Shown here piece after piece: positions 51,101 to 61,008 of a stretch of 64,000 nucleotides of DNA. Within the stretch, counting starts at the first letter, position 1; the number at the start of each line of letters is the position of its first letter. Both the position numbers and the translations under genes were made by a program. Below the pieces are notes generated by a model. The model saw only the letters and a program-made list of their open reading frames with translations. It was not told the origin of the DNA and did no database searches. The DNA is from Antechinus flavipes (lineage: Eukaryota): positions 611,382,001 to 611,446,000 of the forward strand of contig NC_067400.1 of the NCBI RefSeq assembly GCF_016432865.1, written 5' to 3'.

Positions 51101-54100
51101 CCAAGATGAAACTGCTAGAGATCCTGCTGAAGTGCAACCTCTCAGAGATGCTGCCAAGGTTAAAACTTCTAGAGATGATGCTGAGGTGAAATCTACAAGA
51201 GATGCTAGAGGCAAAATCTACTAGAGATGCTGCCAAGATGAAACTGCTAGAGATCCTGCTTGAAGTGAAATCTACTAGAGATCCTGCTGAAGTGCAGCCC
51301 ACCACAGATGCTACTAAGGTAAAAACTACTAGAGATGATGCTGAGGTAAAATCTACTAGAGATCCTAATGAAGTGAAATCTACCACAGATGCTGCTAAGA
51401 TAAAAACTATTAGAGATGATGCTAATGTGAAATCTACTAGAGATCTTACTGAAGTGAAATCTACCACAGATGCTGCCAAGGTTAAAACTACTAGAGATGA
51501 TGCTGAGGTAAAATCTACTAGAGATCCTGCTGAAGTGCAACCTACCACAGATGCTGCTAAGGTAAAAACTATTAGAGATGATACAGAAGTGTTATCTACA
51601 AGAGATGTTAGAAGTAAAATCTACTAGAGATTCTGCCAAGATGAAATTACTAGAGATCCTACTCAAATGAAATCTACTAGAGATCCTGCTGAAGTGCAAA
51701 CTCTCACAGATGCTGCCAAGGTAAAAACTACTAGAGATGATGCTGAGGTAAAATCTATTAGAGATGGTAAAGAGGTGAAATTGACAGGCCTTGGCACCAT
51801 ATTGGGTGTAAGGGGTCAGAGAGTAAAACTCCAAGATGATTCCTCCACTGGAGGAAGGGAAGCTTATCTAAACGCAGGCTCTGTCAATCATTTCTGAAGT
51901 TCCTAATATGCACTGGGCATTGTATTAGGGACATGTTATGTAAAGACAGAAATGAAGTTTTCCTGCCCTCCAGGAACATACATTCTATAGGGGGTGGGTA
52001 GAAATAAGACACAAGTTGTTCACAGAGCATGTAATTTTTGGTAGCGGAAGACTAGCACCTGAATGGACACTGAAAAGTCTGTGGCAGAATGGGAAAGGTC
52101 AGTGGAGCCCTAGTGGTGCAACCCACCACAGATGCTACTGGAATTCTAATCCTCATCTTAGAGCTGAGGAAGCAATTCTTCCAAGCATGGAATGACACAG
52201 GTGGGAGATGGAATGGCCATTTTGGTTAGCCCAAATGAAGGGAAATAATACAGACTGCACCCAGGCTGGGAAGGATGTTAAATGCTAAACAAAGGAGAAT
52301 GGATTTGTTCTAAAGATTGTTGAAGGCCACAGGCTTTTACTGAATATGGTCACTCTTGTGCATCAGGAAAATCTCTCTGGCAGTTGAGTAGAGAAAACAT
52401 CGAAAAAATGGAAAGACTTAAGGCAAGGAGAATGATCTGGAGGCTATTATAGTAGGCCAAGAGAAAGGAAGGAGGAAAGGGAAGAGAATAAGCATTTATT
52501 AAACACCCAATATATACCAAACACAGTGCTAAGTGCTTTAAAAATATTATTTCATTTGATTGTCATCACAATCCTGGAAGGTAGGTGCTATCATTGGTCA
52601 CATTTTACAGATGAGAAAATGAGGCAGGCAGGGGTTAAGTAAATTGCCTAGGTCACCTGAATAGTAAATGTCTGAAGCTAGACCTGACCTCAGGCCTTCC
52701 CAACTCCAGCCTCAGTGCTCCATCCTCAGAAGTAACAAATTTTGCAAGTGGGGAAGAGACAGAGGGGCAAGGGATGTTTTGGAAGTTGTTGTGGTTGTTG
52801 TTCAGCCATGTCCTACCCGCCATGATCCCATTTGAGATTTTCTTGGCAAAGATCCTGGAGTGGTTTGCCATTTCCTTTTCCAGCTCACTTCATAGATGAG
52901 GAAACTGAGGCAAATAGGGTTAAGTGACTTGCCCAGGATTCACACACTAGTGAGTATCTAAGGCCAAATTCAAGTCTTCCCGATTCCAGGTCTGGCACTC
53001 TATCTACTACCCTACCTCGATGTCTCTTGGAGGTAGAACTGATGAGATTTGGCAAGTGATTGGACATGGCAGATGATTGAGGTTTGTGAACCCCTCGACA
53101 GAGAAAAAGTTTGCAAGGGGAAGGTAATACGTTCTGTGCTAGACGTATTGAGTCTAAGATGCCTATGAGACATCTAATAGGAGGTGTTTGTTAGGCAGTT
53201 GGAAATGCCCACCTGGAACTTCAGAAACTGGATATATGGATCTGGGAGTCACTTAATCTCTATTTGCCTCAGTTTGCTTAACTGTAAAGTGGGATAATAC
53301 TAGCACCTACTCCGCCCCCTCCCCCCCAAGATTGCTGTGTGGATTGAATGAGATAATATTTCCAAAGTGCTTAGCACAAGGCCTGGCATATAACAGTCGC
53401 TTGATAAATGCTCATTTCCTTCCCCATATCTAGGAATTTGACTGTGAAAAGTAGACCTATTGAATATTAGGGGGCAATGGCCCGGAAAGCTCTCTAAATC
53501 GGGGAGACTCGGACAAGTTTGTGGGCAGCAGGGGAGGAGCCAGAAGGTAGGGAGAGATTGAGGATTTTTTTCAGAATGTACATAGGGCGGGCGATTGGAG
53601 GAAACAGAAGGGGAGGGGATCAAGGGCAAAAGGTAGGGGAGATGCCCTTGACCAGAAGGAATACGGGGTAAAGAAGGAAGGAGTGTTGAGTGAATGATGT
53701 CAAGAGGTTCCGAGAAGGAGGAAAGAAGAAGCCCGTGGCAAATATGTTTTTGGTAAAAGATGAACGGAGGTCCTCGGCCAAAAGCTGTGGGGGTCGGATA
53801 GTAGGGTGAGGGCTTAAGGAGACAAAGGAAGGTTTAGGCCAGCTTCTGTGGGGAGCGTGTAAGAGAATCCAGTGGGAAAAAAAGGGTGGCTACGGCCCAA
53901 GGGCAATCAAACCGTCATACCCTGTGTCCCGGCAATATCACTACTAGTTCCACATCCCAGAGACATCGAAAAAGGGGAAAAAACCTACGTGTACACAAAC
54001 ATTTATAGCAGTGAGACGGCTAAGAATCGGAAACTAAGGGGACGTCCCTTCAAGTGGGGAGCAAGTGGTGGTATATGAATGTAACGGAATACTATTGTTC

Positions 54101-57100
54101 TATAAGAAATGATGAGCAAATGGATTTCAGAAAAGCCTGGAGAGACTGACACGAACTGATGCTGAGGGAAGTGAGAGGAACCAGGGGAACATCGTACAAG
54201 TAACAGCAACGTTGTAGTGAGAAGGAAAGATGACAAGATTTAGCTCTTTGCAACAATACGACGCTCTGAGAATTCCCAAAGACTTGGGAAAACGCTGCCC
54301 ACGCCCAAAGTCTGGATGCAGACCAAAGCACACCATTTTCACTTGGGGGGGCTTTTTGTTCTATTTCACAACACGACCAATGTGGAAATGGTTAAAATCA
54401 CTGCACATGTATGACTGTATCAGAATGCTTACTGTCTTATGGACCAGTGGTGAAGGGAGAAAAATTTTCACACTCAAAAGCTTATAAAAAAATGAATGCT
54501 GAGGCAGTTAGGTGGCTCAGTGGATAGAGCACTAGCCTTGAAGGAAGGAGGCTCTGAGTTCAAATGTGATCTCAGACACTTGACACTTCCTGGCTGGGTG
54601 ACCCTGGGCAAGTCACTTAACCCCAATTGCCTCAGTAAAAAAAAATTAAAATACAATAAAAATTTAAAGCTAAGAAAAGTAATAACAACAACAACAAAAA
54701 GAATGCTGAATACTATCTTTACATGTAATTGAAAAAAAAAAAAAAAACGTGATTTACTTTAAAAGAGTCACTGGATCCAAAGCCATATTAAGGAAAAACC
54801 CCAGGAGGCTGGCTGTATCCCCCGCTACCTGCTCTCAGGCCTGGTGTCCCTGGACAGTACAAGCTTGGCCCGGCCCTTTCTGAAGGAGGCTGTCTCTGTG
54901 ATGTCTTCCCTTCCTCCAGACTTGTGAGGCTTCCTAAGACTCAGGCCTAACCTGTGCCCATCCCTAGATGCTGGTGCCAGACTTTCCTCCCTCTGTCTCC
55001 ATTCTCCAGTCCCTCTTGGTCTCCCTTCCCCATGTCACTTGTGTATTCAATAAGCACTTATTAACGCACATATTATCAAAGCTTTTTACATCTTAACTTG
55101 TTTCAGCCCCCATAACAATCCTGTGAGGCAGAGACTTTCATTTCTCCTATTTCACGGAGAAGGAAACTGAGGAAAACAAACTTAAGTGATTTACCCAGAG
55201 GGACAGAGCTAGTAAGCCCCTAGTGCCTCCTGACTCAGCGCCGGCCTCATCATCTCTCCCCACCCCCCATTACCCACAAGGCAACAGTGTCCTCCCTCAG
55301 GCCCCGTCCCTCCCTCCAGGGTCGCAGGTCAGACTCAGCGGGACCCGCGGCCAGAGCGAGGCCCAGGAAGGTCCCTACCTGTTGAGGCAGGAGGCCCCGT
55401 CGTAACCGCCGGCAGCATACAGGAGCCCGTGGAGAGCGGCCACGCCCAGGCAGCTCCGCCGGGTCCCCATGGAGACCTCGGGCTGCCAGACATTGGTGAC
55501 GGGGTCGTAGGACTCCACGGTGGCCAGATCGGACGTCCCATCGTAGCTTGGGGGAGAGACAGGGTCAGGGTCCCCCGGGCTCTCGGCCTCCGCCCCCCCG
55601 GCACCTCCCGGGCCCCTTACCCGCCGACGGCGTACAGCCGGTTCCCGATGGCGGCCACGCCCACCCGAGCCCGCCGCGTGGACATGGAAGCCACCATGTG
55701 CCATCGGTCCGTGCGGGTGTCGTACGCCTCGCAGTCCCCGTGGATGGCGAACAGGCTCCCGCCACCTGAGGAGATGGAGGCCCTGCAGCCGCTTCCTTCG
55801 GGCGCCCCGGAGAGAGTGCGGGGGCAGCTTTGCGTCCCCAGCCCGTAACCATGGCGAGGAGCCCAGCCCTCCCTCCGCCCGGGGTCACAGGGAAAGCGGA
55901 GGCCGCCGTCCTCTCGGGGCCGCCATCGTCGACCCCCAACGGCTGGGAACTACCCCCCCGCCTGGGACGTACCCACTGCGAAGAGCACGGGGCCGGCGCC
56001 CTCGCAGCGCCGTGGGCGAGTGCGGCTGGTGCCCAGGACCCCGCGCTGCTCCGGCAGCAGGTGGAACTTGAGGGCCTCGATGAGCAGGTCCTTGCAGTCC
56101 GGGTGGTGGCGGACCAGGCCCTCGGCGTCCACGTGGCCCAGCAGGAAGTCCCGGCTCAGCAGCGGCAGCCGCACGCACTTCATCAGCTGGGGGGAGGGGG
56201 TCAGCAGGGCCAGAAAGTCCCCCCTCCCCCCAGGCCAGGGAAGAGCACCCCCCTCCCCTCGATGAGGGGCAGGAGCCTCCCCCCCACACACACACAGGGG
56301 CTGCTCAGGAAGGGACAGGCAGAAGGATGGGTGGGGACCAGTCGGAGAGGGGGGAGGGAGGGTGGGCCGTGGGGGCGGGTGGGGGTCCCCTCACCCGGGG
56401 CACGTGCTGCCTGCGCCCGTCGACGTCGTGTTTCACCCAGCTCAGCACGGCCCGGTAAACGTCCTCCTCCGACGGCACATTGAGGCTGTCGCTGGAGATG
56501 AGGTCCAGCACCTGGGGGGCGGAGGGACAGGCCCGTGCCAGCTCCTGCTGCGGGCCGGGGGGCCCTCCTGGAGGCGGCCCCCTGGGAGTCTGGGGCAGGG
56601 GATGGGGGGGATCCCGCCTCGGGCCCCGGGGGCTCCAAGGAAGGGCTCCGGCTCGTTGTGGAAGTCGGGGCGCCTCCGCAGACTCGGGGGGGGTCCCTCG
56701 GGCCCTGGGGGCTCCAAGGAAGGGCCCCGGCTCGTTGTGGAAGTCAGGGCGCCTCCGCAGACTCGGGGGGGTCCCTCGGGCCCGGGCGTACCTGCTTCAG
56801 CGGGAGCAGCATGAACTCCTCGGTCCGGGCCACCTCCACGAAGTGCTGGAGCACGTACTTGTGCGCGGCCTTGAGGAGGTCGCTGCAGGAGTGGGTGTCG
56901 GCAAAGCCGCGGATGCCCAGGCAGTTGGACGGGTCGAGTTGGCTCAGCAGGAACTTGCAACAGGCGTCCCTCACGCCGTTCAGCTGCAGGAGGCTCGCGG
57001 CCGGGAGCAGCGTCTGAGGGCGGGGGGCGCGGTGACCGGGGGCGACTGCACCGGGGGCGGGGGGGCGGCTGATGCAGGGTGGGCACACGAGAAGCGGGAG

Positions 57101-60100
57101 GGCTGTGAGGGGACGGCGGCTGGAGGCACAGGAGGCTGGGGCTTGGGGCGCAGTGCTCGAGGGTGTGTGGGGAGCAGCTTCAGGGGAATGAGAAACAGGA
57201 GGCCCGGGGTGGGGGGGTATGGGGGAGCAGCCTGGAGGCCCGGGGTGAGGGGCATGGGGGGGGGCAGCCAGCCTCACCTGCACGTTGCCCTCCCCCACAA
57301 CAATCTCAGCCGTGTACGCAAACTGGACCAGCTGCTCCAGAGCCTGGGGGTCGATGTCATGCAGCGTGACGTGTGTCTGGCGGCTCTCGCTCATCTCGTC
57401 TGTGGGGACGTCAGGGGGCCCCGGTCTCAGCCTCCGACCCGCCCTCCTCCCCTGACTGAGACCAGTGGCCACATGGAGGGGAGCCCCCTCCTCGAGCATC
57501 AGAGTCCCCTGACCCAGAGACTCCCACCCTGGGGCAAGCTTCCGGATCCTGGCTGGCCCTCAGCCCTTTGCCCCTCAGTGACTCCCAGCAGCCCCTCCCA
57601 CTCAGGGGAGGGGTTCCGGGGGTGGGGGTCTGAAGGACACCTAGAGGACACCAGCAGGTCTCGGGCCAGAGGGTGGGAGAGTTGGGAGGGAAAAGCCTAG
57701 TTGGACCCGGGGCAGGAAAGGTCTGGCCCAGGCCTGGATCGGAGCTGTCCAGCGGGAGAGGAGACAATGCAGCCCGGGCAGGGGCTGGGCCAGGAGGGAG
57801 TGCTGAACCTGGGGGCACAAGGCCGGCTAGGCTGGGGGGGGGGTCAGGACAAGTACAAGACGAGGGGCTGGGCTAGATACAAAAGGCCAAAAACAGGGGC
57901 TGAAAGCCTGGCTCTGGGAGAGCAGGGAAGGTCAAGGTCAGGGGTTCTGCTCTGGGAAGGTCAAGGTCAGGGTCCTGCTCTGGGGGGATCCACGGGGCCG
58001 GTACTTGCTTGTGAACATGGCGTGGAAGTAGGGGCTGCAGGAGGCCAGCACCACCTTGTGGGCCTTGATCTCCTTGGTGCCCACGTGCAGGACGATGTCG
58101 CAGAGCAGCCCCCGCTGCCGCATGCGGCTCATGCACACGAAGGCGTCGTGGTAGTGGCGCTTGGAGTTGTGGGCAATGCTGTGGCCCTCTCTGGTCAGCA
58201 GCTGCATGGCGCCCTCCATGGCGCCCCCGGGGCCGCGGGCCGGCCGGGGCCGGGGTCTCTCGGCCCCCTCACCGTGGGGACGAGGCGCGGCATCGGTGCT
58301 GAGGACCCTGCCGGGGGAGGGGCGGGTCAGGGGCAGGGCCCGCAGGCTCCGGTCCTGTTCTCCCCGCACAGAACCCGCACCGGGGCCTTGCCCCTCCCCC
58401 CCAGAGCCTGAGGCAGGCTGGCTGCTGGGCCCAGTGGGGCCCCCGGGGAGCCGAGTGCGAGGCTGCCTCAGACTCAGCCCTGGGATCTCCGCAGCCTCGG
58501 GAGGATGAGCCGGGAGCTCTCCAAGGTGCCCCCGCTCGGGCATTCCCAAGCTCCCGGGCGCCCAGGGAGGGCGCCCAGAAAGGAGCGTCCAGAGGTGGGA
58601 GGCGGGTCTGGGAAGGTGGGGGGCAGGTCGAGGAGCGAGCACCTAGGGAGCCCTTGGTTAGACCCCCCGAGAGCAATCACGATCCCCCTTTAGTTGAGGA
58701 AGCTGAGGCAGGGTCAGGGGCTTGTCAGATCGTGTCGAGGAAAAGGGGCCTTCCTGACCCCAGGCCTGCCCCGGGCTGCCCGGCTGCCCCTGGAGCCCTC
58801 AGCCTGGCCCGCTGCTCCGGGGGGCTCCCCCTCCTCCGGGGGAAAGGCTTCCTGGGAGGCCTGAGGAAAGTGGCTCAGCCCCGACCTTACGCAACTTTCC
58901 CCCCACAGAGCAGGGTAACGAGCCCTGCCCACAGGCCTGTGAGAGCCCTCGCCAACTGTGCAGGAGGCCGGCCCCAAGAAAAGCCGGAGAGTGTCCGGCC
59001 CGGCCCCAAGGCCTGAGACACAGGAACGGCTGCATGTGTGTGAGTGAGTGTGAGTGTGTGTGTGAGAGAGTGCGTGTGAATATGTGATTGTGAGTGAGTG
59101 TGTGATTGTGAGTGAGTGTGTGAGAGTGTGTGTGTGTGTGTGAGAGAGTGTGTGATTGTGAGTGAGTGTGATTGTGAGTGTGAGTGAGTGAGTGTGTGTG
59201 TGTGATTGTGAGTGTGAGTGTGTGAGTTGTGTGTGTGTGAGTGTGAGAGTATATAAGTGTGTATGTGTGAGTGAATGAGTGTGTGTGTGTGTGTATGAGA
59301 GCATGTGTATGTGTGAGTGTACACGTGTAAGTGTGAGCGTGAGAGTGTGTGAGTGTATGCGCGCATGTGTGCGCACGTGCGCGTGTGTGAGAGATACCCA
59401 TGGGTGGGACTGAGTCGGTCTGTGTGGACTTCCACGCGCCCAGTGCAGACGCTCCCTCTACTACAGCCTGCTGGCCGCTGCGACCACTGCCACCAGCCCT
59501 CTCCCACACGGCTGCCTTTCTGGCCCATGATGCCCCACAAACTGCTCTGCCCAGTGTGCGCCCTGCAGGAGGGGTCCCGCCCCAGGGTCTCTCCCCCCGC
59601 AGTACGTTCTGCCTGGGCAGGGGGGCTAGCTGGGAGAACTCGGGGACGCGGGGCAGCACACATCAGGAGGCCCAGGCTGGCGTTGGGGTGTCGGGAACCG
59701 CGGGACTTGGGTTAGGAGTCCGGGGGCCCCTGGATCCCCAGACTGGGCTCACTAGGAATGGGCGTGAGGCTGGGAGGGTATCAGGAACTGAGCAGCAGCC
59801 GGGATGAGAGGTCAGGGGTTACACAGCTGGAAAGGGGGGGCCTGAGTCGCACATAAGGTAAGTGGAGTCATTTGAGGGTCACGTTGGTTTTTGGGGTTCA
59901 CAGGGTGAGAGAGGGGTGGGCTCCACTCACTCCCAGAGAGGGCCATGCTGGGAAGTCCGGGGGCCTGGGCTGGGCGCGGGAGCCATGGGGACCCAGGGGC
60001 TGGAAATCTAGGCTTGCATGTGGTGGGGACGGCTGGCCGGGGAAGCAAGCCCCCCTGGGGGGCAGTTTGGGGATTAGGAGGGGGGCACGTACTTGCACCC

Positions 60101-61008
60101 TGGAAAGGTATGGGGGGGCAGGAGGCCAGAGGGCCTGGAAGGTTGGGGACCGTTAGGGACTCAGGGGCCCAGACTGGGAAAGGGGGCAGCCCGTGGGGAA
60201 TGGGGGCCGGGAAGCAGCCCCGCATTCCTGCCCAGACCGAGCCGGCTCAGGAGGTTTGGGATTGGAGGTCTAGGGAAGGAGGGGAAATAAGGAGGCTGTG
60301 ACCGCTGGGGCAGCAATTCGCGGAGCCCCCAGCCCGAGCCTTCTTCTGAGTTAGGAACTGGGAGGCCCCGGCCTGGAAGGCTGGGCTGAGGGTCCGGGGT
60401 GGGGGGAAGGCTAGGTCAGGTCCCGGCAGTGACCGGGGCAGGGACTGATGAAACTAGGCTGGGACCGGGAGGGGGTGACCTTAGACTGCCAAGGCCGGCT
60501 GGGCTGAGGCGTGAGGGGAGGGTCCGGGGCTGTCTGCCCCGGGGGAGGAGGGGGAGGGTCCGGAGCCTGACTCTGTCCTCGGGGGTGAAGGGAGGGGAGA
60601 TGGCTCTGTCCGCATTAGACAGCCGGGCCATAGCCGGGCACTGGGACGCGGTGGGATGGAGAAGGGCTCGAGTGGGAGGGGAAGGGGACCGGGGGACTCT
60701 GAGAGGGGGAGGGCCCGAGGAGGAGTCGTGGCTTGGGGGGCGGCGCTCTCTGCAGCGGGCGGCCTCAGACTGACACAGACTGGGTGCGCTGGGGAGAGGG
60801 CCGGGGGTCCAAGTCGGGGGGCTGTCTGCGGCGGCCTCGGGCTGGCAGTTCTGGGCTGGCGGGGCCGGGGCCGGGGCCTGGGGGTCCCGCACTGCACTCA
60901 CGCCTCGGGGGGAGCCGGGCTGGGGCCGGGCCCCGGCTGGGGGGGGCCCGGGCTGCTGTGCTCGGGGCTCTGCGTCCTGCCCGCCGCGCGCTCGCCCCAG
61001 GGCTGCAT
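42212..61008 (-). CDS. KLHL17: Kelch-like protein 17 (actinfilin); BTB-BACK-6 Kelch; 655 aa
   Basis: 12 exons: 61008-60902, 58307-58009, 57399-57278, 57013-56792, 56511-56395, 56186-55973, 55765-55621, 55546-55379, 43911-43823, 43687-43614, 43058-42877, 42440-42212 (1968 nt). BTB ([30 protein letters not shown]), BACK, Kelch GG..D..VE.YDP repeats, C-terminus [21 protein letters not shown]. Intron 2 donor is GC. Confidence 0.97.
43098..43413. repeat. GACAAC-core minisatellite, 19 copies, variable C-runs
   Basis: Core GACAA(C/T) counted 19 times at ~13-20 bp spacing, KLHL17 intron 10. Confidence 0.92.
44400..45615 (+). mobile_element. Old L1 ORF2 end and 3' UTR
   Basis: Shares motifs with the 768-1558 L1 (ctggagagactgacatgaactgat...gaagtgagc); ends in an A-rich tail. 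Confidence 0.7.
44456..44630. mobile_element. Non-autonomous hAT/Charlie-like MITE nested in L1
   Basis: Terminal inverted repeats CAGCTTCTTAAGC (44457-44469) and GTTTAAGAAGCTG (44615-44627), 12/13 match; ACTAG repeated on both sides. Confidence 0.7.
45626..45768 (+). mobile_element. WSINE1-like SINE
   Basis: gggacagctaggtggtgcagtggatagagc (A-box-like), gagttcaaatc (B-box-like), CORE-derived body, A11 tail. Confidence 0.88.
45870..46110 (+). mobile_element. L1 3' terminal fragment
   Basis: Same 3' UTR wording as the 45360-45600 segment; ends aaaataaaagaaaaaa. Confidence 0.6.
48074..48389 (-). mobile_element. Short young L1 insertion with double tail, inside a MIR-like element
   Basis: 14-bp TSD CTCTCCCAACTTTA at 48060-48073 and 48390-48403. 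Body nearly identical to the 3' end of the 768-1558 L1. Confidence 0.9.
49545..50245 (-). mobile_element. L2 fragment (continues at ~51780-51850)
   Basis: Starts gtcaataaagatttataaagttcctactatatgc...ggggatacaaag...cagtccctg (L2 3' end, reverse), followed by purine-rich L2-like sequence. Family recalled. Confidence 0.65.
50245..51785. repeat. ~1.5-kb minisatellite of 25-27-bp monomers with higher-order repeats
   Basis: Monomer ~AGAGATGATGCTGAGGTAAAATCTACT. Periods: 45 bp (50367, 50412, 50457), 132 bp (50907, 51039, 51171), 81 bp (51331, 51412, 51493, 51574). Confidence 0.95.
52785..53025 (-). mobile_element. MAR1-like SINE
   Basis: gttgtt tail, gattttcttggcaaagatcctggagtggtttgccatttcc, CORE gatgaggaaactgaggc. 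Confidence 0.8.
53850..54750 (+). mobile_element. Old L1 ORF2 end and 3' UTR, interrupted by a SINE
   Basis: Aligns by eye to the 768-1558 L1 (ggtatatgaatgtaacggaatactattgttctataagaaatga). Confidence 0.75.
54501..54695 (+). mobile_element. WSINE1-like SINE nested in L1
   Basis: Typical head and body; GAATGCTGA duplicated at 54494-54502 and 54701-54709. Confidence 0.85.
56618..56785. repeat. 2 x 79-bp tandem duplication in KLHL17 intron 4
   Basis: ctcgggccc..ggggctccaaggaaggg..ccggctcgttgtggaagtc.. at 56618 and 56697. Confidence 0.9.
57925..57982 (+). promoter_or_regulatory. 29-bp tandem duplication, each copy AAGGTCAAGGTCA
   Basis: TCAAGGTCA at 57932-57940 and 57961-57969, in KLHL17 intron 2. 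Confidence 0.5.
59035..59390. repeat. (TG/GA) low-complexity tract
   Basis: tgtgag/tgtgtg repeats in KLHL17 intron 1. Confidence 0.92.

Noticed and set aside
50286-51627. Neurofilament-H-like or mucin-like gene (PAEVKST repeats)
   Set aside because: The KSP motif is absent, + strand frames break at 25/26-bp monomers, the long minus frame has no ATG start, and the flanks are L2-like. Treated as a repeat, with coding potential left open.
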